A stretch of 49,322 bases of DNA from Promethearchaeota archaeon (lineage in GTDB: Archaea > Asgardarchaeota > Lokiarchaeia > Sigyniarchaeales > SOKP01): the NCBI GenBank assembly GCA_016930515.1, contig JAFGGO010000182.1, positions 1-49,322 of the forward strand. The letters are read 5' to 3'. The notes under the pieces are model-generated. The model saw only the letters and a program-made list of their open reading frames with translations, did not search any database and was not told the origin of the DNA. Shown here one piece after another: positions 8,770 through 18,150 of the stretch (positions are counted from its first letter, which is position 1; each line of letters begins with the position of its first letter). The position numbers were made by a program, and so were the translations under genes.

Positions 8770-9993
8770 TTAAGATATGGAAATTTTTTCAATTAAAGAC
8801 AAAACAGATTCGCTTCTATATGTTAAAGTTTCAATTGCAAGTTCTAACTCATCGGGATCTTTAATCCATCCTTTTGCATCTTCAATGTTTTGTTTGAAAT
8901 GGTTTGCTAATTTTTGTAAGCAGTTTACATGCCACGCAAGATTACTCTCTGGATCCACTAATTTAATTTTCAGTTCATCAAGCATCTCAAGGAACTTTTC
9001 AATGGTCATTCCGCACCTTTTTATAAAGGTTTTTTTCATCCATTGCTTGGCAAAAAATCCCAATCCTTCAATTTCTTTCTTTAAGGATAGTAAGATAGTA
9101 TCCACATCATTTAAAAGCTCGGTTACTGATTTTGAAATCAAGTTTCGTTTTGTTTCTAAGCTTTTACTTGATGAATCTTTTTTTTGACAAATCAATCCAA
9201 ACTTTAAAAGAACCTCAAACGGGCTGGCAATTTGCCCATGGTGTTCCTTTGCGTGAACTATTGCGTGTGCCCATCCTGCTGCACAATGTTCTGCAGGCAT
9301 TAACCCGTCGTATCCGGGATTTACTCCTTGGTTCTGAAATTCGTGTTCTGTCATACCAAATTTAGGGGCAAGTAATCGAGCTGCTTCCTGAATGCCAGGA
9401 GTATCCACCATTCCAGGCCCAAAAGTAAAAACAGATATATTAGTATCATCCAATTCAGCAGCAAGGGATTCAGCGATAGAAGCCAATGCAACTTTACTGG
9501 CAAAATAAGGCGCCATATAGGGGGTGCCACCAGCCGAAGTTACGTTCACTATAACGCCATTATCTTGCTTTAGCATGTGAGGAAGGAAAGTTTTTATAGT
9601 GAACACCGCCCCTCTAATGTTTACATGGTACATCTCATCCCATGCTTCCATTGGTAATTCCATTAAAGTTCCTGCAGCGTAAACTATTGCGTTATTAACT
9701 AGAATATCCACTTTACCATATTTTTCTAGAATAGACTTTTCTAAATTTAAAATATCGTTCTCTTTCGAAACATCTGTCTTGACATAAAGTGCCTCTCCTC
9801 CTTCTTTCCGAATCAAAGTTTCTACATCTTTACCTTCAGGAGTAATTTCCGCAATTACAACTTTCGCACCCAACCACGCTAAGCATCTTGCAAGTTCTTT
9901 TCCGATACCCCTACCGGCACCTGTAATAATGGCAACTTTATTGTAAAGACAATTTTTTTCTAATTCCAGCTTTTCAATGAACAAACTTATCAC
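8770..9993 (-). CDS. Short-chain dehydrogenase/reductase with a C-terminal helical extension
   Basis: TGAGRGIG, DILVNNA, catalytic YFASK, PGMVDT; about 140 extra C-terminal residues. Confidence 0.88.
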   Translation of the reverse strand: MISLFIEKLELEKNCLYNKVAIITGAGRGIGKELARCLAWLGAKVVIAEITPEGKDVETLIRKEGGEALYVKTDVSKENDILNLEKSILEKYGKVDILVNNAIVYAAGTLMELPMEAWDEMYHVNIRGAVFTIKTFLPHMLKQDNGVIVNVTSAGGTPYMAPYFASKVALASIAESLAAELDDTNISVFTFGPGMVDTPGIQEAARLLAPKFGMTEHEFQNQGVNPGYDGLMPAEHCAAGWAHAIVHAKEHHGQIASPFEVLLKFGLICQKKDSSSKSLETKRNLISKSVTELLNDVDTILLSLKKEIEGLGFFAKQWMKKTFIKRCGMTIEKFLEMLDELKIKLVDPESNLAWHVNCLQKLANHFKQNIEDAKGWIKDPDELELAIETLTYRSESVLSLIEKISIS

Positions 9994-10059
9994 TCTGCAG
10001 TTATATATAATAGGAAGAGTGATTATTTTTTAAAACTAATAGAGACCAATTATTGAGTA

Positions 10060-11244
10060 CTATTTTAAAAATTCTTCAATTTCGTTGTATACCATTTCCA
10101 AGGTATCTAAATCGGGTAAAAAGGTGATTCGAATGTGGTCCTTACCGTAATTACCAAAACCCGATCCGTAGACCGTGCAAATTCCCGTTGTTCTAAGCAA
10201 ATCCACGACGAATTCCTTGTCATTGTTCCATTTCGGAAATTCTTTGAAATCGATTTTAGGAAAGAGGTAAAACGCCCCGTCGGCGTTTATAACACTCACG
10301 CCCTCAATTTGACGCAATCTCTTGTAGGAATAATCCCTGCGTTGTCTCAGTTTAACAACCATCTCGTCGGTGTGAGGGCCAGGATTTCTCAACGCTTCGA
10401 TGGCAGCGTATTGAGCAATTGAGTTTGCGCAAAGTCGCGCTCTTGCCATTTTAGCAATGTTTTCCTTAAGATCCTCGATTTTATTTTCAGGATCGTAGTA
10501 ATACAAATAGCCAAGCCGCCAGCCCGTTGCCAAGTGAGCCTTGGAAAAGCCGTTCATGCCAATTATGGGCACGTCCTTGCTATATGAGGCCGGACAAGAA
10601 TATTGCTTTTCGAAGACTATTTGATCGTATATCTCGTCTGAAATGACCACAAGATCGTGTTCTCCAGCGAGATCTATGATTTCCTTGACTTGCTTATTAC
10701 TAAATAAGCCTCCGGTGGGATTATTGGGAGTACCCATTAATATTGCCTTAGTTTTATCGGATATTTTACTCCTTAGATCGTCTATGTCTGGTTCCCACCC
10801 ATTTTCTTCGTCAAGTCGATATTCGACGGGCACGCCGTCGAAGAATTTCGAATAACTTATATACAAGGGATACGATGGTCCAGGAACGAGTAGTTCGTCT
10901 CGATTTTCCAAGAGAGCTGACAATGAAAAAAAGATTGCTTCTGTAACACCTGAAGTAACTAAAATATCGTCAGTCGCAATATCAATGGAGTTCTTATTTC
11001 GCTCGTACTTGCAGATCTCCTCTCGAAGTTCTGGAATGCCTAGCGAATCCACATAAAAGTTTTGTCCATCTAAAGCGGCTCGAGCCATAGCGTTACAGAT
11101 ATACGCTGGCGTTTTGAAGTCGTATTTCACGGGATCTCCTATATTTAAGTGAATGACATTCTTTCCTTGCTTTTTAACCTCGTCAGCAATGACCGCAATG
11201 TCTCGAATGGGATATTCTAACTCGCGTAATCTCCGAGAAACCAT
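10060..11244 (-). CDS. PLP-dependent class I/II aminotransferase (alanine aminotransferase-like)
   Basis: LNIGDP, PNNPTG, SDEIYD, NGFSKAHLATGWRLG, GAFY, GSGFG. Confidence 0.92.
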   Translation of the reverse strand: MVSRRLRELEYPIRDIAVIADEVKKQGKNVIHLNIGDPVKYDFKTPAYICNAMARAALDGQNFYVDSLGIPELREEICKYERNKNSIDIATDDILVTSGVTEAIFFSLSALLENRDELLVPGPSYPLYISYSKFFDGVPVEYRLDEENGWEPDIDDLRSKISDKTKAILMGTPNNPTGGLFSNKQVKEIIDLAGEHDLVVISDEIYDQIVFEKQYSCPASYSKDVPIIGMNGFSKAHLATGWRLGYLYYYDPENKIEDLKENIAKMARARLCANSIAQYAAIEALRNPGPHTDEMVVKLRQRRDYSYKRLRQIEGVSVINADGAFYLFPKIDFKEFPKWNNDKEFVVDLLRTTGICTVYGSGFGNYGKDHIRITFLPDLDTLEMVYNEIEEFLK

Positions 11245-11495
11245 TAATATTAGCTCTTAATTCTTGAAAAATGAAGTATCATGAGATCCTTGAGTGTTTA
11301 AAATGGTGCTTTGCTAAATAAATTTATGAAAAAGTATGAAATTCGTTTTTACCTCTTCAAATATAATATTATTTAAATCGAATTTTTAAGACCTAAAATT
11401 TAAAAGTTGTCACTTTACTATTTATTGAGAAGGAAACGGTATCTTAATACATTTTATCTGAAGAATTTACTGTAAAATGTGATTTCAAGGAGAGC

Positions 11496-12878
11496 TTGAT
11501 GGTTTATTTTGAAATAAAAAATGTGGGGTTTAACTGCGATAAAGACAAGGATGCATGTCCAGAATACCCTGATTCGTGCGAAAAATGCGTGCTTGAGCGA
11601 TTGAAATCACTTGGATTCAAGTTCGATTCTCACATTAAGGTAATGGAAATGGATTCTGAGGAAAAGCGTCTTGAAATGTATCAAGAACAAATATGGCAAA
11701 AATTCTTGAACATCCTCAATATCAAACATATTATTATAATGGACAAGAACTCGGGAGTGCCAATCACAAATTACGCTGTATCTGAAGCGGGTATTGATGC
11801 AGGAATGCTGTCGGGATTCATCCAAGCGAATATCACCTTTTCCGAAAGATCAGGCAGCACAGATCAGCAAGATAGCGTGATAGATTATCATTTTTACCAC
11901 TTTCAATATAAAGATTTTAACATTTTACTCAAGAATGGTGAATTTTCGCGTGTTTGCTTGATACTCGACCATAAACCATCAAAAACATTAGAGTCAATCA
12001 CGCGAGAATTTGTAATTGACCTTGAGAAGAAATACGCCAGCGAATTTAAATCATTTCAAACAAGAAAAATATTAAACTTTCCTTTCTTGGAAGAATTTAT
12101 AATTGAGGGCTTTAGCGTGCAATTTCTTTTTCCAATGATTTTAACTCACACGATTCCTCCCGACGCCATGGAATCTATCAACGATAATAAAATAAAAAAC
12201 GCCGTTTTCAAGCTCGCAAAAGAGTTTCTTTCAAAAAAGCACTTTTTTTTCATCAATACCTTACTTAGTGAAATCAAAAAAATCATTGATGTCGAATCAA
12301 AAATAATAATATACGAAATATATCAACTTCTAAAAATGAGTGTCATGATTCCAACTACCATCGAGACCGTAGAGTCAAGCGTAAAGGAATTTGAAGAAAA
12401 GCGAGCTCGAAAAATTGCAAATAGTCACGTGATTTCTCACATTATATCTACGGAAAATTCAATCACTGCCTTAGACGAATTGAAAAAGGCTGCTAAGACC
12501 ATGGATCAAGACACTGCTAGAAAGCAAATGGAACAGTTCATAAAGAAGGGTAAAACCGCAGAAAGAAGTAAAATTTACAAAGAGGCACAAAAAGAATACG
12601 AAAAAGCCTTGTATCTCGCTACGGGATTTAATTTTAATGATGATATAGGGAAGATTTCGTTCATGATCCTCGAACTGGACAAGATCATTGGTGATATTGA
12701 GCTCGAATACGCAATTAATGCAGGTGAAACCGCTGAAAGAAAGAAGGATTTTATCGATAGCATCAGGCATTACAAGAAAGCAATCGCTATCTTAGAAAAA
12801 GATGTTGGGTCTGGAAGTTCCGAATCAAAGATTAAAAAATTGGAAAAAAAAATATCAAAATTACAGGATTTAATCTGA
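11496..12878 (+). CDS. Longin-like domain protein with an N-terminal Cys cluster, a winged-helix-like segment and C-terminal TPR/MIT-like repeats
   Basis: CDKDKDACPEYPDSCEKC; IKHIIIMDKNSGVPI...DAGMLSGFIQANITFS...FNILLKNGEFSRVCLIL; two helical repeats (GKTAERSKIYKEAQKEYEKAL, GETAERKKDFIDSIRHYKKAI). Confidence 0.7.
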   Translation: MMVYFEIKNVGFNCDKDKDACPEYPDSCEKCVLERLKSLGFKFDSHIKVMEMDSEEKRLEMYQEQIWQKFLNILNIKHIIIMDKNSGVPITNYAVSEAGIDAGMLSGFIQANITFSERSGSTDQQDSVIDYHFYHFQYKDFNILLKNGEFSRVCLILDHKPSKTLESITREFVIDLEKKYASEFKSFQTRKILNFPFLEEFIIEGFSVQFLFPMILTHTIPPDAMESINDNKIKNAVFKLAKEFLSKKHFFFINTLLSEIKKIIDVESKIIIYEIYQLLKMSVMIPTTIETVESSVKEFEEKRARKIANSHVISHIISTENSITALDELKKAAKTMDQDTARKQMEQFIKKGKTAERSKIYKEAQKEYEKALYLATGFNFNDDIGKISFMILELDKIIGDIELEYAINAGETAERKKDFIDSIRHYKKAIAILEKDVGSGSSESKIKKLEKKISKLQDLI

Positions 12879-12998
12879 TAATAATTTCAATACTCACGCT
12901 TTTTCTAAAAATGATATGATAATGATATAATCAACAAAAAAGTAAAAACAAAGAGATAAAATTAAATGACCAAGTTTTTATGATAATAACTAAAAGCA

Positions 12999-15900
12999 TT
13001 GAGTATAAATTTTGAGGGGTTGGACAATCGTTTGACGGTCGTTGAAAATAAAACTGCATATCCCTACATCACAACTTTTAAAAAAGAACCATTCAAATCC
13101 TTTGCATTAATGAAAAGAAAGGATATTGGGCATTTTTATTTCAGCGAATACGAGAGAGTAGTAAAAGTTTATAAATATTACAACGAAAATTTGTTAAAAG
13201 ATAAAATATTAAATCTTGAAAACATTTACTGGTTTCTCTTGCTTAGAAAATACCTTCGGGAGGATAAGCAAGAGCATTCAGACGAGATCTACGATTTTAT
13301 AATCAAATGCGAGGTTATTTTAGGCGATAAGATAGGGTTCAAATTCTCTCCATCCTCAAAACAAAAATATCCCGATATATGGTCCACATATTTTGCCTTA
13401 GCAAGTTTAAAATTATTAGGTGCACTTAAGGTCTATCTCAGCCCAAAAGGAAAGCTGAATGTGAGGAAAGCTATATTAGAGTTCATTGATTCACACAAAA
13501 CTGGACATGGATATCTTCATTGCCTGGATAAGGATTGTCCAATTGACAAGAAAACTTCCGTCGTGAGGACTCTATACTTTATTCTTGACGCGTTAATATT
13601 ATTAGGTGTAGATGTACGAGCAAATAAAGAAGAATTTAGCGAAATAATTGGAGATTTAAAAAAGGATCCAACGATCGTTTTCAAACTGCTCTGTTCAAAG
13701 TTCATCGAAACGGACATCAATATAAGAGATAAAGAAATTCAATATTTATATTCTTATCAAAGAGAAAACAAGGGATTTAGTTTTAAAAAAGTTGAGGGTC
13801 AGATAAATACAACTTTTTGGGTCGTCTACGCTCTTAATAATTACTCGTGGATTTTAGATTATAATCCGATGGGAATATATTCGTTCATAAATGCTAAATT
13901 TCAAGATATCCTTGTTGCCGAACTAAATCCTATAAAGTTAATGGAACTTTCGAAATTAGCGATCTTATTTTCGATAATTTGGGAAAAATTCATCCAAGAA
14001 ATCGAAAGAGTCTTATTCAAGCAATTAGAACAGGAAAAATATGTTGATTTAAATCAAATAAAAAATACTTTTGGACTTGTTCATGGAATCGAAGAAGTTA
14101 TATCGTTCATTAATCTTAATTATACTTTTAATCTAAGGATTTTAGACAATCGAGTTGAATTTAAAAATTTTATCAGAAATTTGGGTAAGGGATTGCAATC
14201 TATTGCTAGGGAATTTTACGATAGACTGAGTAACAATAGTATAGTTTCTCTTTCAGATATATCCAAGAGGTACAAGTCAAGTTATTATCCTGAGAATGTT
14301 AAACTAAGAGAGGACGTGCTACCAATGATAAGAGATTTAGCAAGACGAAATTTCTTCAAGGGCACTATTCGCTCGAAGAGAAAACCAATAAAAAAGAAAT
14401 ACTTGTTCTACTTGAATTTTTTCTTGGAAAAAATTATCGTGTCCGACACTGAAATAAACTTGGAGCAATTACTAAGCGAAAAAGAAAAGCTCAAGGACCA
14501 TAAAAACACCATTTACAACATGATCTTGAAATTAAAGACCGCCACTAATAAAACGAGAGAAGAAATAGAAAGTTACCTCTTAATCGACGAAATTGACATT
14601 GCTAAGGAAAGAATCAGGTATTTAATTCACAACACGCTCATGGACGCCGAATTTTTGAACGAGAACATTGAACTATCGTTTAGCGAGGATTTATATTATA
14701 TTAACCTCCAAAAAGCGCTTGAGCCAGAAATTAACGCTTGGAAAAAGCAATATTCCGTGTTAAAAAGCAAGTTAAGAGACTTGGAACTTAATTTACAGGC
14801 AAGAATTGAAGAAAAGGAAGAAATCAGGAGCATTACGAAGATCCTTAATAGTTTAAAGGAAAAAATCTCGAACATAGAGGTTGATATACATAACAAAATT
14901 GAAAAATTCAGGTCATATTTCAGGGAGACCCTTGAAACAGAGTATAGCGACGAGATTTTTAACCTTCTCACCCGGGAGTTCGAAAAGATTTCTCAAAGAG
15001 TGCAAAGATACGATAATATCATCTATAGGGTCTCGCAACAAATCCAAACTCGAGAAGGGAAACTAAAACGCAAGCATAAAAAGATCATTGATAAGTGGAT
15101 CACCATCAAGCAAGAGTTTGACGAGATTTTCGGGTATTATACCGATGGTTTTGAATTTTTTCACAAAAGCATTAACGAAATTGAAGAAATTCGAAACACT
15201 ATCCGTATTGAATTCTCTGAGATTGGAAAAAAGATAAATCAACAAATAGCAGAAAACGAATACGAGATAAAAATCATTTTAGACGCCATTAAAAAAGAAA
15301 CGGATGCAATTTTAAGTGAAAAAATGAACAAGATTAAAGATTTACAGAAAACATTCAAAAAAGAGATAAAATCAAAACAGAAGTTGTACTTACTTTATAG
15401 ATATTTACCAGAAAAATTAGATGCTTTAGAAGAAGATATATTGGAACTAATGGCGCAACAAGTTCAACTTTTAAAAAATAAAGCCCTTGAAGAGAGAAAG
15501 AGAGCAAAAACGGAGGATTTCGACAATTTCGTAAACCAAGAGATGGCAAACCTGAAAACAAAAACAATTTCGTTTAATAATTATTTAAACCAACTAAAAA
15601 GTATCAGAATAAAGGATGTGAACAAGGGAGTTGAGAAGCTACAAAAACAACTTGAAGAAGCAAACCAACTATACAAGGCAAAATTAAACGAAGGTATCGC
15701 AGAAATTAGCGATTTCGAAGAAAAGTCAAATGTTACAATCATTCAATGGGAAAATTTTAAAGTTTATTTTTACAACGAAATTGAGAACTTAAAAAACGAA
15801 AGAATTAATACCATCATTACTAACAAGATAAAAGCTGTTTCATTAGAGAAAAAGACGAATAATATAGACATTAACGAACTTAAAAAGGAACTTAATCTTA

Positions 15901-17426
15901 ACTGCAAGGTTTTACTAACGCGCATACGTGAAATGATTGAGATATCCCAGATAAGCGCAAAACTTTACGAAGATAAGAAATGTTTGTTATTACATACGGA
16001 TCATTTTTACAAGAACGAGGATCTCAAGAATCACATCGATAACAAGATTTTAAAACCGAATAACGAGGCAATTGGTAAAATTTTAGCGTTATACGATTCA
16101 AGCATAAAAAATAAGACATTAGGCATCAATACTTTAGAGCTTAAGAATAGGATACAGGATTTGAGAGATTTTGAGAAATTTTCAAAGGAACAATTCTCAA
16201 AAAAAATCGAAGAGTTAGAAATTGATAGAACCAGATCAGATTATAAAAGAACGAAAAAATATTTCAAGGAGACTCTAGAAAATCAAAGCAAGGCCCTTAA
16301 GAATATCAAGGATTCCTTAATATTTTTTATTGAAACGAAAGATTTTATTTTCAAGGAATTTAACAAATTAAGCGTGGATCTAAAACAAAATTTTGAAAAC
16401 ATCGCAGAGGATAAAGAAAAAATTGATGAAGATTTTCAGGGTAAGGTAAAGCGATTCGATTTAAAACATAGGGACATAATAGAAAAAATAGAGATAGAAT
16501 TAAAAGAATCTTTAAGTAAAAACTATGAAATTGGAAAATTAAACCCTGAAATTAGAGAATTTTATGTCCAGACGAAAAACGAATTCCAAAGAGAATACGA
16601 AAACAAGATAGAAAAATTAAAAGAGCAAGTGTTTAACATCAAAAACGACTCGTTCAGAGAGGACTTCCTCAATTACTTAAACGAAAACAAGATACAACTT
16701 AGTCAGTTACTTGGAAATCTTGAAAGAAGTGTTGAGGACGATGTGGAAGTGAAGTTTTACAAGAGAGCGTATCTGAAAATCGATAAAAGAGTAAAGCGTA
16801 TCGAAAACGAGATAAAAGATAAGACTAAAAGCTTAAAAAACTATGTTAAAAAAGCAACAAAAAAGTCAAAGGATTTCGAAACTAGGAACAAGTATCTAAT
16901 CGATGATTTCGGCCAATTCCTCCAGAAATTCTGGGAGATACTAGGAGAAAAAGTTAAACAATTAGAACAATTGATAATTAAATCCTATATTGAAACAACA
17001 ATAAATGCCGTGGCAAACGGATTTCTTACTACGAGTTTTTTAAACGAAGAACTTAAGATAAAAAAAAAAAACATCCAAGAAGCCATAATTATCCTTATTA
17101 GTAATGGAGAGCTTGAAGGTAAATACGACATTCGATTAGGAATTTATTACGAGGATCCTGAGATTCTCAACAATATAAACGAAGAGGAGCTCGAAGTAAT
17201 CAAGAAAATGCCTTTTAAATTTTACATGTTTATCACACATTTAAAAAGTTTCACGGGACAATACGCCTCGATCATCGCCATGTTCGCTTCTGTGTTGACG
17301 ATAACATATACTTTATTTGCCATTACTGGTAATTTATTTATTGCGCTAATACCTTTTACTGTTATAATAATACTTCTTAGCTATGCGTGGTATAAGAAGA
17401 AGAAAGAAGCAAAAATAAAAATCTAA
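12999..17426 (+). CDS. 1475-aa protein: prenyltransferase/squalene-cyclase-repeat barrel, winged-helix (PCI-like) domains, long coiled coils, two C-terminal TM helices
   Basis: Repeats DEIYDFIIKCE..GF..PDIWSTYFALASLKLLG and IQYLYSYQRENKGFS..GQINTTFWVVYAL; PCI-like FLNEELKIKKKNIQEAIIILISNGELEGKYD; E/K-rich heptads; hydrophobic hairpin followed by KKKK. Confidence 0.7.
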   Translation: MSINFEGLDNRLTVVENKTAYPYITTFKKEPFKSFALMKRKDIGHFYFSEYERVVKVYKYYNENLLKDKILNLENIYWFLLLRKYLREDKQEHSDEIYDFIIKCEVILGDKIGFKFSPSSKQKYPDIWSTYFALASLKLLGALKVYLSPKGKLNVRKAILEFIDSHKTGHGYLHCLDKDCPIDKKTSVVRTLYFILDALILLGVDVRANKEEFSEIIGDLKKDPTIVFKLLCSKFIETDINIRDKEIQYLYSYQRENKGFSFKKVEGQINTTFWVVYALNNYSWILDYNPMGIYSFINAKFQDILVAELNPIKLMELSKLAILFSIIWEKFIQEIERVLFKQLEQEKYVDLNQIKNTFGLVHGIEEVISFINLNYTFNLRILDNRVEFKNFIRNLGKGLQSIAREFYDRLSNNSIVSLSDISKRYKSSYYPENVKLREDVLPMIRDLARRNFFKGTIRSKRKPIKKKYLFYLNFFLEKIIVSDTEINLEQLLSEKEKLKDHKNTIYNMILKLKTATNKTREEIESYLLIDEIDIAKERIRYLIHNTLMDAEFLNENIELSFSEDLYYINLQKALEPEINAWKKQYSVLKSKLRDLELNLQARIEEKEEIRSITKILNSLKEKISNIEVDIHNKIEKFRSYFRETLETEYSDEIFNLLTREFEKISQRVQRYDNIIYRVSQQIQTREGKLKRKHKKIIDKWITIKQEFDEIFGYYTDGFEFFHKSINEIEEIRNTIRIEFSEIGKKINQQIAENEYEIKIILDAIKKETDAILSEKMNKIKDLQKTFKKEIKSKQKLYLLYRYLPEKLDALEEDILELMAQQVQLLKNKALEERKRAKTEDFDNFVNQEMANLKTKTISFNNYLNQLKSIRIKDVNKGVEKLQKQLEEANQLYKAKLNEGIAEISDFEEKSNVTIIQWENFKVYFYNEIENLKNERINTIITNKIKAVSLEKKTNNIDINELKKELNLNCKVLLTRIREMIEISQISAKLYEDKKCLLLHTDHFYKNEDLKNHIDNKILKPNNEAIGKILALYDSSIKNKTLGINTLELKNRIQDLRDFEKFSKEQFSKKIEELEIDRTRSDYKRTKKYFKETLENQSKALKNIKDSLIFFIETKDFIFKEFNKLSVDLKQNFENIAEDKEKIDEDFQGKVKRFDLKHRDIIEKIEIELKESLSKNYEIGKLNPEIREFYVQTKNEFQREYENKIEKLKEQVFNIKNDSFREDFLNYLNENKIQLSQLLGNLERSVEDDVEVKFYKRAYLKIDKRVKRIENEIKDKTKSLKNYVKKATKKSKDFETRNKYLIDDFGQFLQKFWEILGEKVKQLEQLIIKSYIETTINAVANGFLTTSFLNEELKIKKKNIQEAIIILISNGELEGKYDIRLGIYYEDPEILNNINEEELEVIKKMPFKFYMFITHLKSFTGQYASIIAMFASVLTITYTLFAITGNLFIALIPFTVIIILLSYAWYKKKKEAKIKI

Positions 17427-17457
17427 TCTAAAAATACCTGATAAAATTTATAAATGA

Positions 17458-17964
17458 CTACATACACCTTTTTATTTCCTCGAGCCTTCTCATTCTCCTA
17501 TTAGCTCTTCGCTTGTAATGTCTTTCGATCTGGTCGATCATCAGGAGTTTAACATTTAAAGGTTTTCGATTCACGATTTCTTGTAAGTCATTAGAGAAGG
17601 ATTTAACTTTCTTAAATTCTTTAACCAAGTGCTTGTTTTTGATAAGGTAATGAAACGAGGAATTAAATTTTTTGACTATGGATTTTACAGTCATTCTAAT
17701 TAATTCGTGACTAGCGTCTGGGTCGCTCACTGCCACGATAAAAAGGTTTTGATCTGATAATTCAAAAATTATTTTTCGGCTTCTGAATTGAATGAATTCG
17801 ATGTCCTCAGAAAATGCTTCTTTGGTGAAACTGCGAATAGCCGCCAAGAAGCTCGATATGAGCTGCGTGTCTTTTAAAGACCACTTCACATAATTTTCCT
17901 CGAAGAAACACAAGCCACTATCAATGTCCATTATCCATAATCCATCTATTAGAAATTCATTCAT
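17458..17964 (-). CDS. Stand-alone longin-like protein
   Basis: IDGLWIMDIDSGLCFF...DTQLISSFLAAIRSFTKE...IEFIQFRSRKIIF...FIVAVSD. Confidence 0.7.
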   Translation of the reverse strand: MNEFLIDGLWIMDIDSGLCFFEENYVKWSLKDTQLISSFLAAIRSFTKEAFSEDIEFIQFRSRKIIFELSDQNLFIVAVSDPDASHELIRMTVKSIVKKFNSSFHYLIKNKHLVKEFKKVKSFSNDLQEIVNRKPLNVKLLMIDQIERHYKRRANRRMRRLEEIKRCM

Positions 17965-18150
17965 GATATTTTGGTAAATTTTATATCCTCGTGAAAAAAT
18001 CTCGATTATAATATATAAAAAATATACATCTTAATGAATTTATCTTAATGGAAAATAATAAAAATTAATTTAAATAATTCTTTGGAAAGAAGTTTAAGTA
18101 TTTCCTCTAAATATTATCAAATTATACTATTAGAATTTATTTTTAAAATT

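Noticed and set aside
12999-17426. SMC/Rad50 assignment for the large coiled-coil protein
   Set aside because: No Walker A/B, signature motif, hinge or zinc hook; it has a membrane anchor.
17390-17426. COPI-type di-lysine retrieval signal at the C-terminus
   Set aside because: The tail AKIKI has Lys at -2 and -4, not -3/-4 or -3/-5; the positive-inside rule explains the lysines.
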